From: Thermodesulfovibrionales bacterium
Lineage (GTDB): Bacteria > Nitrospirota > Thermodesulfovibrionia > Thermodesulfovibrionales > UBA6898
Assembly (NCBI GenBank): GCA_044450345.1
Contig: JBIOIY010000010.1
Span: 1 to 62,482 of the forward strand
Length of the DNA: 62,482 nt
Direction of reading: 5' to 3'
Made by a program: the position numbers and the translations under genes. Below the pieces are notes generated by a model, which was given only the letters and a program-made list of their open reading frames with translations, ran no database searches and was not told where the DNA came from. The number at the start of each line of letters is the position of its first letter. Position 1 is the stretch's first letter. Shown here in pieces: positions 25,700-34,900 of this stretch.

Positions 25700-27634
25700 A
25701 TGAGAAAAGGGATATACCTCGAAAACACCCCACTGGCCGAGGCATTGAAACTGTGGGAAGATAAAATAGCATCAGAGGGGATCGGGCCGCTTGACGGCGA
25801 GCCGGTCCCAGTCCGGGATTCTCTCGGCAGAATAACCTCAGAGGTTGTTTTCGCAAGGCTCTCTTCGCCTTTCTACCACTCGTCGGCCATGGACGGATAT
25901 GCGGTGAGGTTCCCCGAGACATTCGACGCCTCGGAGTCCGCTCCAAAGAGGCTGAAGTTAGGTCAGGAGGCCGTGTATGTGGATACCGGAGATCCGCTTC
26001 CAGACGGCTTTAACGCGGTGATCATGATAGAAGAGGTGAACGTCTGGAAAGGTCCTGAAGGACAGGGTCATATCGAGATAATAAAGCCCGCTGCCCCGTG
26101 GCAGCACGTGAGGGTCATCGGCGAAGACATCGTGTCTACCGAGCTGATTGTGCCTGAAAACCACAGGATGAGACCTGTAGATATCGGCGCAGTCATTTCA
26201 GGGGGACATATCGAGATCAACGTCCGCAGAAGGCCGAAGGTGGTGATAATCCCCACGGGATCCGAGATCGTTGAGCCGGGGACTGACCTGAAAAAGGGCG
26301 ACATCATCGAATATAATTCGAGGATATTGTCTGCGCTGGTCACTGAATGGGGAGGGGTGCCGCTGAGGTTTAAACCGGTGGCCGACGACGTCGATAAGAT
26401 AAAGGATACGGTTATTAAGGGGTGCGAGCAGGGGGACCTCGTCGTCATCAACGCAGGTTCCTCTGCCGGGTCAGAGGACTTTACCGCAAAGGTCGTCTCA
26501 GAGATCGGAGAGGTGCTCCTGCACGGCATAAACATCAAACCGGGGAAACCGGTCATCCTGGGCTGGGCGAAGGGGAGGCCTTTACTCGGTATTCCGGGTT
26601 ATCCGGTTTCTACCTATATAACCTTCAATCTCTTTGCAAAAGGCCTTGTCTACAAGTGGCAAGGCCTCGAGGCCCCTGACCCAGAGTTCATGAAGGCGCG
26701 GCTTTCACGGCAGGTTGCCTCGTCCCTCGGGCAGGAGGAATTTCTTAGGGTGAAGCTCGGGAGGGTCGGCGAAAAACTCATTGCCACGCCTGTAAGCAGG
26801 GGGGCAGGCGTGCTCATGTCGCTGGTGCGCGCCGACGGCATCGTAAGGATACCCGCCATGTCCGAAGGGTTCGGCACAGGGACTGAGGTGGATGTCGAGA
26901 TACTGAGGGGGAAAAAAGAGATAGAAAATACCGTCGTCTGTATAGGAAGCCATGACAACGCACTCGACATTCTTGCAAACATCCTCAAGAAGACCAACCC
27001 CCTGTATTCACTGTCCTCTGCACATGTGGGGTCGATGGGGGGGCTGATCGCGCTGAAAAAGGGAGAGGCCCACATGGCAGGCACCCACCTACTGGACGAG
27101 GAGACGGGAGAATATAACGTGGCTTACATACGGAAGATTCTCGGAGAGAGGAAGATCGTTCTGATGAACCTCGTTTACCGGCAGCAGGGGCTGATGGTAC
27201 CGAAAGGGAACCCCAGGAACATACGCGGGTTCGCGGATCTTACCAGGGACGATGTCGTCTTCATCAACAGGCAGTCCGGCGCGGGCACGCGACTTCTCAC
27301 CGACAAATACCTTAAGGAGTTGGGGATTTCGCCGAAAAACGTGAGGGGGTACGAACGCGAGGAATATACCCATATGGGGGTCGCGTCAGCGGTTCTCACC
27401 GGTATCGCCGACACGGGAATGGGCATCCTCGCCTCTGCAGAGGCACTAGGCCTCGATTTTATCCCGCTTGCAAAGGAACGATATGACCTTGCTATCCCTG
27501 CGGATTTTATCGGGATGCCTCCCCTGTCGGCCCTCTTAGGCATAATCAGAGGGAGCAGGGAGTTCAGGACCTCGGTGGAGACGCTCGGAGGGTATGACGT
27601 ATCGGACATGGGGAAGATCATGTATGAGTCTTGA
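25700..27634 (+). CDS. moeA: MoeA fused to a C-terminal periplasmic-binding-protein-like domain
   Basis: SAMDGYAV, PTGSE and KPGKP, followed by GSHD, GSMGGL, AGTHLLD, NRQSGAGTR and ERYDL of the PBP domain. Confidence 0.92.
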   Translation: MRKGIYLENTPLAEALKLWEDKIASEGIGPLDGEPVPVRDSLGRITSEVVFARLSSPFYHSSAMDGYAVRFPETFDASESAPKRLKLGQEAVYVDTGDPLPDGFNAVIMIEEVNVWKGPEGQGHIEIIKPAAPWQHVRVIGEDIVSTELIVPENHRMRPVDIGAVISGGHIEINVRRRPKVVIIPTGSEIVEPGTDLKKGDIIEYNSRILSALVTEWGGVPLRFKPVADDVDKIKDTVIKGCEQGDLVVINAGSSAGSEDFTAKVVSEIGEVLLHGINIKPGKPVILGWAKGRPLLGIPGYPVSTYITFNLFAKGLVYKWQGLEAPDPEFMKARLSRQVASSLGQEEFLRVKLGRVGEKLIATPVSRGAGVLMSLVRADGIVRIPAMSEGFGTGTEVDVEILRGKKEIENTVVCIGSHDNALDILANILKKTNPLYSLSSAHVGSMGGLIALKKGEAHMAGTHLLDEETGEYNVAYIRKILGERKIVLMNLVYRQQGLMVPKGNPRNIRGFADLTRDDVVFINRQSGAGTRLLTDKYLKELGISPKNVRGYEREEYTHMGVASAVLTGIADTGMGILASAEALGLDFIPLAKERYDLAIPADFIGMPPLSALLGIIRGSREFRTSVETLGGYDVSDMGKIMYES

Positions 27635-29120
27635 CCCGCTTGTCTTCCCGATCGACGTCACCGTTGAAGCCCCTTCGTCTTCCGATAAGGCGGCGGATAC
27701 GGACAGATTCTTGGAAGGACTGAAAAGGCAAGGGCTGTATAATGTACAAATCCCGCTTCACATAATGAGAAGGTTGCCTGCGGAGCTGCGAAAGAAAGAC
27801 TTTCAGGTGAAACTCGCCGTCAGTCTTTCAGAAGAAGGATATAGACTGATCGACATAGGAAGGGACCGTATATACGGCGTTGCCCTGGACATCGGCTCGA
27901 CCAATATAGAATGCTCGCTATTCGTTCTTTCTTCGGGGGAAAGGATCGGGACAGGGGAGGCGGAGAACCCGCAGATACGCTTTGGAAACGATGTGCTGAC
28001 CAGGGTGCAGCGGTCGATGATGGGGGAATATTCGACCCTGCAGGAGGCGCTTGCAATGGGGATAACCCAGGTCATCGAAGATGTCTGCAAAAGGCATGGC
28101 GTCTCGGGTGAGGATGTCCTCGCGGTGACTGTGGCCGGCAATACGATCATGTCGCACTTTTTTCTCGGTCTCGACGTAAGAAATATTCCAGTCAGCCCCT
28201 ATGTCCCTGCCGTAAACAGGGCCGTCTTTGCATCTGCAAAAGAGACGGGGCTTCCGGTAAATGAGAACGCGGTGGTGTATGTCTTCCCGAATTCAGGGAG
28301 TTATGTGGGAGGGGACATCATAAGCGGGATGCTCTTTACCGGTGTCCACCGCGGGGACGAACCTGCGCTTTTCATTGATGTAGGAACGAATGTCGAGATC
28401 ACGCTCGGCTGCAAGGACTGGATCATGGTGGGCGCGGGCGCGGCCGGTCCTGCTCTTGAGGGCGGGGTGGCGAGCATCGGGAAAAAGGCCGAGACAGGCA
28501 CGATATCGGAGGTGACGATCGACAGCCTCAGCAAGAAGATAGATATGAGGGTCATCGGGGGCGCAGAGCCGCGGGGTATCTGCGGTTCGGGTCTGATCTC
28601 CCTTGTCTCGGAGATGTATTCAGCGGGGATCATCGACCAGGCGGGAAGGTTCACGGGCGCTGGAAACGGCATAGTCGAAAAGGACGGCGTGAAGGCATAC
28701 CTTCTCCATCGGTCAGGCAGCGCCGAACTTTACCTGACCGAAAACGAGATAAAGAATTTCCTCCTTTCGAAGGCCGCAATGTTCTCATTCCTTTACGTCT
28801 TTGTGAGGTCGGTAGGGCTTACCTTCAGAGACATAAAAAAGGTCTATGTTGCAGGTGCCCTCGGATGCGGGATCGATCCCGAAAAGGCGATCACCATCGG
28901 GATGCTCCCGGACATCCCCAGAGAGAGGTTCATACCTGTCGGGAATTCCTCGCTCGGCGGAGCGGAAATGCTTCTGCTGCACAGGGAACTTTTGCAGGAG
29001 GTGAATGACATCGCTACACGGATCACCTACCGGGAGATGAACGAGGATGCGGACCTGATGCAAGTGCTGCAGGGAGCGATGTTCATACCCCACACTCAAC
29101 CCGAGATATTAAAAGGGTGA
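27624..29120 (+). CDS. ASKHA-domain protein, RACo/DUF4445-like (no N-terminal 2Fe-2S domain)
   Basis: GVALDIGST, NPQIRFGNDV, AGNTIMSH, YVGGDI, IDVGTN, AGPALEG, GICGSG and GNSSLGGA motifs. The ATG at 27624 overlaps the moeA end. Confidence 0.85.
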   Translation: MSLDPLVFPIDVTVEAPSSSDKAADTDRFLEGLKRQGLYNVQIPLHIMRRLPAELRKKDFQVKLAVSLSEEGYRLIDIGRDRIYGVALDIGSTNIECSLFVLSSGERIGTGEAENPQIRFGNDVLTRVQRSMMGEYSTLQEALAMGITQVIEDVCKRHGVSGEDVLAVTVAGNTIMSHFFLGLDVRNIPVSPYVPAVNRAVFASAKETGLPVNENAVVYVFPNSGSYVGGDIISGMLFTGVHRGDEPALFIDVGTNVEITLGCKDWIMVGAGAAGPALEGGVASIGKKAETGTISEVTIDSLSKKIDMRVIGGAEPRGICGSGLISLVSEMYSAGIIDQAGRFTGAGNGIVEKDGVKAYLLHRSGSAELYLTENEIKNFLLSKAAMFSFLYVFVRSVGLTFRDIKKVYVAGALGCGIDPEKAITIGMLPDIPRERFIPVGNSSLGGAEMLLLHRELLQEVNDIATRITYREMNEDADLMQVLQGAMFIPHTQPEILKG

Positions 29121-30166
29121 ATGTCATGACAACGAACGGCGGCGAGATCGGTATACTGCTCCTGAACCTCGGCGGGCCGGACTCCCTTGGGGCGGTTAGG
29201 CCCTTCCTCTTCAACCTCTTTTCGGACAGGGAGATAATCAGGCTCGGTCCTTCGTTCATGCAGAAACCACTGGCATATCTCATCTCCACAATGCGGCATA
29301 AAAAGACAGAGGGCTACTACAGGCTTATCGGCGGCAAGTCGCCGATCTTCGAAATCACGAACAAGCAGGCAAGGGCGCTCGAAAAAGCTCTGAACGAGCA
29401 ATCAGTGATCAGCAGTCAGCTTGATCAACCTTCAACCTTCAGCCTACAGCCTTCTTCTTTTAAGGTCTTTATCGGCATGCGATACTGGCATCCCTCTATC
29501 GAGGCGACGGTCCCGGAGATCTTTCATCAAGGTATCAAGAGAGTGATCGCACTGGGCCTCTATCCGCATTATTCGATCGCGACTGCCGGTTCATCATTTT
29601 CCAAAATGAATGAGGTTGTTTCCCGGTTTCCGGTGGAGGTGTTCACCATTTCCTCGTGGCATGATCATCCCCTCTATATCGAGTCGCTTGTGGAGAAGAT
29701 ACAGAGAGGGATGGATTTCTTCCATTCCCGGGAGGGAGTGAGGGAGGACAATGTCCATGTCCTCTTCAGCGCCCATAGCCTGCCGAAGAAGTTCATCGAA
29801 GAAGGCGACCCCTATGTAGAACAAATAAAGGGAACGATCGATGAGATCACGAAAAGGGCGAAGATAGAGTGGGACCTTTCATACCAGTCAAAGAGCGGCC
29901 CCGTGGAGTGGCTTGAACCGTCGACCGACGAAATGATAAAGGAACTTGCGGGGCGGGGCGTGAAAAATCTCCTGGTCGTGCCGATAAGTTTTGTTTCCGA
30001 CCATATCGAAACCCTCTATGAAATTGATATATTATATAAAGATATGGCAAAGTCGCTTGGCATGAGACTAGAGCGGGCGGAATCTCTCAATACCTCCCCG
30101 CTTTTTATTTCTGCACTCGCGGAAATTGTGAAGAAGGGCATGAAGGAGGCCGGATGGGTAGAATAG
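29117..30166 (+). CDS. hemH: Ferrochelatase
   Basis: LLNLGGP, GMRYWHP, LYPHYS, FSAHSLP, GDPY, YQSKSGP-WLEP and FVSDHIETLYEID motifs. Confidence 0.97.
   Translation: MNVMTTNGGEIGILLLNLGGPDSLGAVRPFLFNLFSDREIIRLGPSFMQKPLAYLISTMRHKKTEGYYRLIGGKSPIFEITNKQARALEKALNEQSVISSQLDQPSTFSLQPSSFKVFIGMRYWHPSIEATVPEIFHQGIKRVIALGLYPHYSIATAGSSFSKMNEVVSRFPVEVFTISSWHDHPLYIESLVEKIQRGMDFFHSREGVREDNVHVLFSAHSLPKKFIEEGDPYVEQIKGTIDEITKRAKIEWDLSYQSKSGPVEWLEPSTDEMIKELAGRGVKNLLVVPISFVSDHIETLYEIDILYKDMAKSLGMRLERAESLNTSPLFISALAEIVKKGMKEAGWVE
29397..29454. repeat. Two heptamer tandem arrays in-frame in hemH
   Basis: AGCAATC AGTGATC AGCAGTC AGC, then TCAACCT TCAACCT TCAGCCT ACAGCCT; encodes QSVISSQLDQPSTFSLQPS. Confidence 0.8.
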
Positions 30167-31524
30167 CGATAATCGGCGGCGGGATTTCAGGGCTTTCATT
30201 GGCGTATTTCCTAATTGAAAAAGACCCTTCAGCGGACGTACTCGTCTTCGAATCCGAAAAAAGGGCCGGCGGAAAGATCTGGACTGAGAAGACGGAAGGG
30301 TTCCTCTGCGAGGGCGGCGTGAACGGTTTTCTCGACAACAGACCGAAGACGCTCGACCTTGCGCTGAAGGTGAAGCTCACCCCGCTGCGCAGCAACGATG
30401 CATCGAGAAAGAGGTTCATCTATTCCGAAGGCCGGCTCCACAGGCTCCCGGAGTCCCCTCCGACGTTTTTGACGTCAAATCTCCTTAGTCTGCCCGGAAG
30501 GCTGAGAGTTATCGCGGAAATGTTCATCCCGGGAGGGGCAAAGGAGGAAGAAAGTCTTGCGGACTTTGCAAGGAGGAGGCTCGGCCGGGAGGCGTACGAA
30601 AAATTGATCGACCCGATGGCCTCCGGTATATATGCGGGCAACCCGGAAACGCTGAGTTTGCGGGCCTGTTTCTCAAAGGTGTATGACCTGGAGGTGAAGT
30701 ACGGGGGGCTGATAATGGGAATGCTGAAGCTCCAGCGCGCCAGGAAGAAAGAAGGCTCAAAAGAAAAGGTGGGCGCGGGGCCGGGAGGTACACTCACTTC
30801 ATTTTATCAAGGAATGGGTGAACTTTCAGACACGCTCAAGAACGTCCTCGGAGACCGGATGAGGACAGGGTATAAGGCAGTCTCATTGGAGAAAAAGGGG
30901 AAGGGATATTCGGTCTTATTTTCAGACGGCTCCGCCCTCGAAACGGATGTCGCAGTCATCGCCGCCCCTGCCTATTCCGCCTCTGAGATCCTCAAGGCCG
31001 TCGATACCCGGCTGGCAAGTTTGATTGCAGGGATCCCCTATCCTTCGCTCTCTGTGGTATGTTTCGGGTATAAAAAGACGAAGATAGAGTCCTCGCTCGA
31101 CGGGTTCGGTTACCTGATACCGTCCAGGGAGAAAAGGAGGATACTCGGGACCCTCTGGGACTCCAGTATCTTCCCGAACCGGGCGCCTGAAGGGTATGTG
31201 CTCCTGAGGAGCATGGTCGGGGGCGCGAGGGCCTCTGCACTTGCGATGGAAGAGGACGGAAAGATCATCGATTCAGTAAGAGGAGAAATAGCCGACATCA
31301 TGGGAATCAGGACAGCCCCGGATTTTATCAGGATATTCAGACATGAAATGGCTATCCCCCAGTATACTATCGGCCATTCCGGAAGGTTGAAGGACGTCGA
31401 CTCCTTCCTCTTAAAGCACAGGAACCTGTATCTTGCGGGGAATGCGTATAGGGGGATAAGCGTGAACGACTGCATAGGGAACTCTTCTGTACTCGCAGAC
31501 AGGATTGCAGAGGAGTCGGTGTGA
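30154..31524 (+). CDS. hemY: Protoporphyrinogen/coproporphyrinogen oxidase (HemY family)
   Basis: GGGISGL FAD motif, GIYAG, GFGYL, AIPQYTIGH and GISVNDCI. Confidence 0.93.
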   Translation: MGRIAIIGGGISGLSLAYFLIEKDPSADVLVFESEKRAGGKIWTEKTEGFLCEGGVNGFLDNRPKTLDLALKVKLTPLRSNDASRKRFIYSEGRLHRLPESPPTFLTSNLLSLPGRLRVIAEMFIPGGAKEEESLADFARRRLGREAYEKLIDPMASGIYAGNPETLSLRACFSKVYDLEVKYGGLIMGMLKLQRARKKEGSKEKVGAGPGGTLTSFYQGMGELSDTLKNVLGDRMRTGYKAVSLEKKGKGYSVLFSDGSALETDVAVIAAPAYSASEILKAVDTRLASLIAGIPYPSLSVVCFGYKKTKIESSLDGFGYLIPSREKRRILGTLWDSSIFPNRAPEGYVLLRSMVGGARASALAMEEDGKIIDSVRGEIADIMGIRTAPDFIRIFRHEMAIPQYTIGHSGRLKDVDSFLLKHRNLYLAGNAYRGISVNDCIGNSSVLADRIAEESV

Positions 31525-31527
31525 CCG

Positions 31528-31581
31528 GTAACGCCCCCCAACCCCCTCTTAAGATAAGAGGGGGCGAGGAGGAGTTATGAA
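31528..31581 (-). repeat. Family B palindromic repeat, short form
   Basis: Reverse complement reads CATAACTCC...CCCCCTCTTATCTTAAGAGGGGG...GGGGGCGTTA, the same core as 42150-42212 and 773-885. Confidence 0.8.
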
Positions 31582-31612
31582 ATATTTTGAGACAACAGGA
31601 GGAGAAAACAGT

Positions 31613-32209
31613 ATGAAGATTTTGAAGTTTTTTGTAGTAATGGCAGTGGCGTGTATGCTTGCGCAGAGCGTTTCGGCCGAGATGAAATCAAAAAAATTCA
31701 CGAACGAGGAGATCAAGAAGATGTCTGAGACTACCGCGGTAATAGAGACGAAATTCGGAAACATCGAACTGAAGTTCTTCCCGGATGTCGCACCCAACCA
31801 TGTCAATAGTTTCATCGGACTCGCCAAGAAGGGTTTTTACGACGGTACGACATTCCACAGGGTGATACCGGGTTTCATGATCCAGGGCGGCGACCCAAAT
31901 TCCAAGAACGCCGATAAGGCCACTCATGGCACCGGCGGGCCAGGATATACGGTAAAGGCCGAGTTCAGCGATAAGCCCCACAAACGCGGGATTCTCTCGA
32001 TGGCAAGGGCTGCAGACCCTAACAGCGCAGGCTCCCAGTTCTTCATCTGCGTTGCCGATGCACCGTTTCTCAACAAGCAGTACACGGTATTCGGAGAGGT
32101 CGTATCGGGCATGGACGTGGTCGACAAGATCGTCAGCCAGCCGAGGGACCCGAGGGACAACCCCACCGAACGGGTCGAGATGAAAGTCAAGGTGGTCGAA
32201 AAAAAGTAA
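31613..32209 (+). CDS. Cyclophilin-type peptidyl-prolyl isomerase with signal peptide
   Basis: FHRVIPGFMIQGGDP, SMARA, SAGSQFFI and YTVFGEV motifs; AGGAGG SD before 31613. Confidence 0.93.
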   Translation: MKILKFFVVMAVACMLAQSVSAEMKSKKFTNEEIKKMSETTAVIETKFGNIELKFFPDVAPNHVNSFIGLAKKGFYDGTTFHRVIPGFMIQGGDPNSKNADKATHGTGGPGYTVKAEFSDKPHKRGILSMARAADPNSAGSQFFICVADAPFLNKQYTVFGEVVSGMDVVDKIVSQPRDPRDNPTERVEMKVKVVEKK

Positions 32210-32484
32210 CCCTTCCGTTTTAGCAGGAGCTGTGTGTTTTTTGGGGGGCTCCATGGGTCGATGCGGGGCTCCCCGCCTGATTTTGGATTTGATAATTTTA
32301 TCGAAAAGGTATATTCTATAGGGAAGATAAAGGCATGCAGAGAAAGACGATAACGTTCTCAGGAATACTTTCACCCCTTTCCTCACACAAGAGTCCTTTT
32401 TTTCCCAAACCTCTCGAGTCAATACAGTTTTCAGGGCGGCCGACGCCCACGGTTCTAATAAATTTTTTTTAGGGAGGAGAACAA

Positions 32485-32715
32485 TTGAAAGAGCAGGAGA
32501 TCATCGAACGCCTGAAAAAAGAGAGCGAAGAGTTCAGGAAGGTTTTGGAGGAACACCATGGTCTCGACGCGACGCTTGCCGAGATCGATAAAAAGGTCTA
32601 TCTGACCCCTGAAGAAGAGATCGAGAGGAAGAAACTCCAGAAACAAAAGCTGGCGAAGAAAGACAAGATGGCTGAGTTTATCAGGGACTTTAAAAAGGCC
32701 AACACGGTAGGCTGA
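32485..32715 (+). CDS. DUF465/YdcH-family small coiled-coil protein
   Basis: EEHHGLD...LTPEEEIERKKLQKQKLAKKD; GGGAGGA before the TTG; upstream of ilvD. Confidence 0.8.
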   Translation: MKEQEIIERLKKESEEFRKVLEEHHGLDATLAEIDKKVYLTPEEEIERKKLQKQKLAKKDKMAEFIRDFKKANTVG

Positions 32716-32855
32716 GGGGAAAAGGGCCGCAGCAACAGCAGGACCCATCGAAGTGATAAAAGGGGGCGATCCTGGTATCGCCCCCTGTGTATTCATACCC
32801 CGGACAAGAATAACGTTTCACTATCACACTAACTGGGATAGAGGAGAGGAATGGT

Positions 32856-34508
32856 ATGAGAAGCAATATAATAAAAAAAGGCCTTGAACGCATGCCCCAT
32901 CGGGCATTGCTCTATGCAACGGGGCTTCCCAAAAGCGAAATCGGAAAGCCTTTTATCGGGGTAGCCACTAGTTTTACCGACCTGATACCGGGTCATAGCG
33001 GCATGCGCGACCTGGAGCGCTTTATCGAAAAGGGAGTGCATACGGGCGGCGGGTACCCCTTCTTCTTCGGTATCCCCGGCATCTGCGACGGCATAGCGAT
33101 GGGGCACGGTGGTATGCATTATTCGCTTGCGTCGAGGGAACTGATCGCGGACATGGTCGAGACGGTCGCTGAGGCGCATAAGCTCGACGGGCTTGTGCTT
33201 CTTACCAACTGCGACAAGATCACGCCCGGCATGCTCATGGCAGCGGGGAGGGTGAATATCCCTTCGATCGTTGTGACCGCGGGCCCGATGTTTTCGGGCC
33301 ATTACAAAGGCAGGAGACTCAATCTCACGAGCGATACCTTCGAGGCTGTCGGCAAGTTCAAAAGGGGGCTTATCAAGAGTGAGGAACTCGAGGCGCTCGA
33401 GATGTGCGCCTGTCCGGGCGCGGGTTCATGCCAGGGCATGTATACCGCAAACACGATGGCCTGCGTCACAGAGGCCCTTGGTATGAGCTTGGAAGGATGC
33501 GCCACCGCACTGGCGGTATCTTCGAAGAAGAGGAGGATAGCTTTTGAGAGCGGTCGTTTGATTACACAGCTCGTCAGGAAAAACGTGACACCGAGGAAGA
33601 TCATGAACAGGAAGGCGTTCGAAAACGCGATAATCGTCGACCTTGCACTGGGCGGGTCGACAAACACCGCGCTCCATATCCCTGCGATCGCCCATGATGC
33701 GGGCATAGACCTTCCGCTCGACCTTTTCGACAGCATGGGGAAGAAGACTCCGCATATCGCCGATATGCTGCCGGGCGGCAAGAACTATCTCGAAGACCTC
33801 GACTATGCCGGGGGCATACCCGGCGTCCTGAAGAGACTGAAAGAGAGGCTCAACGACAATATCACCGTAAGCGGGAAGGGCATTTATGAGATAGCTGATA
33901 CTGCAGAGATCTTTGATGAGGACGTGATAAGACCTCTCGACAAGGCCCATCACAAACAGGGCGGAATTGCCGTTATGAAGGGCAATCTTGCGCCGGGGGG
34001 CGCGGTCGTGAAGCAGACGGCGGTCAGCAAGAATATGATGAAGTTCAAGGGCACCGCCATAGTCTTCGATTCCGAAGAGGCGGCGATGAAGTCGATACTC
34101 GCAGGGAAGGTAAAATCCGGGCACGTCGTGGTTATTCGATACGAAGGCCCCAAGGGAGGCCCCGGAATGAGGGAGATGCTCTCCCCCACCTCCGCGATCG
34201 CAGGCATGGGCCTGAGCGAATCGGTCGCCCTGATCACCGACGGCAGGTTCTCGGGCGGCACACGGGGACCCTGCATAGGGCATATCTCACCGGAGGCGAT
34301 GGAAGGGGGCCCGCTCGCCATAGTCAGGGACGGTGACGAGATTCGGATCGACATACCCCGGAGGACCCTCGAAGTCCTCTTGACAGAAGATGAAATCAAC
34401 AAGAGACTGAAAATATGGAAGAAGCCGGCGCCGAAGATCACCAAGGGCTATCTTGCCCGATATGCGCGCTTCGTCAGCTCGGCGAATGAAGGAGCTATCA
34501 TGAAGTAA
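32856..34508 (+). CDS. ilvD: Dihydroxy-acid dehydratase
   Basis: [54 protein letters not shown] and TDGRFSG. Confidence 0.98.
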   Translation: MRSNIIKKGLERMPHRALLYATGLPKSEIGKPFIGVATSFTDLIPGHSGMRDLERFIEKGVHTGGGYPFFFGIPGICDGIAMGHGGMHYSLASRELIADMVETVAEAHKLDGLVLLTNCDKITPGMLMAAGRVNIPSIVVTAGPMFSGHYKGRRLNLTSDTFEAVGKFKRGLIKSEELEALEMCACPGAGSCQGMYTANTMACVTEALGMSLEGCATALAVSSKKRRIAFESGRLITQLVRKNVTPRKIMNRKAFENAIIVDLALGGSTNTALHIPAIAHDAGIDLPLDLFDSMGKKTPHIADMLPGGKNYLEDLDYAGGIPGVLKRLKERLNDNITVSGKGIYEIADTAEIFDEDVIRPLDKAHHKQGGIAVMKGNLAPGGAVVKQTAVSKNMMKFKGTAIVFDSEEAAMKSILAGKVKSGHVVVIRYEGPKGGPGMREMLSPTSAIAGMGLSESVALITDGRFSGGTRGPCIGHISPEAMEGGPLAIVRDGDEIRIDIPRRTLEVLLTEDEINKRLKIWKKPAPKITKGYLARYARFVSSANEGAIMK

Positions 34509-34523
34509 GGCCGCCCGTAACTT

Positions 34524-34561
34524 TACCCCGTTAGAAGACCTTCGACCTTCTCACGGGGTTT
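34524..34561. repeat. Palindromic ACCCCGTTAGAA...TTCTCACGGGGT element
   Basis: Inverted repeat between ilvD and rpsO. Resembles an interspersed mini-repeat; single copy in the window. Confidence 0.5.
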
Positions 34562-34627
34562 ACAGAACTGCGCGGCCTGTGGTAATCTTAACGACACGAA
34601 AATTCATAATTGAAAGGTGGTGATTCG

Positions 34628-34894
34628 ATGGGAATCGAAAAAAACAAGCAGAAGATCATCAGTGATTTCAAAATTCACGACAAAGATACCGGTTCACCGG
34701 AGGTGCAGATCGCGATACTGAGTGAAAGGATAGGATATCTCACCGAGCACTTCAGGATTCATACAAAGGATCACCACTCGCGGCGGGGGCTGCTTAAGCT
34801 TGTCGGCCAGAGGAGAAAGTTGCTTGACTATCTGAAAACTTCAAACAGAGAGCGATACGATAATATTATCAGTCGGCTTGGAATCAGGAAATAG
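34628..34894 (+). CDS. rpsO: 30S ribosomal protein S15
   Basis: [38 protein letters not shown] at 34628. Confidence 0.98.
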   Translation: MGIEKNKQKIISDFKIHDKDTGSPEVQIAILSERIGYLTEHFRIHTKDHHSRRGLLKLVGQRRKLLDYLKTSNRERYDNIISRLGIRK

Positions 34895-34900
34895 GAAAAA

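Noticed and set aside
31577..31612. Cyclophilin start at 31577
   Set aside because: That ATG and its SD come from the family B repeat; 31613 has its own SD and begins the signal peptide.
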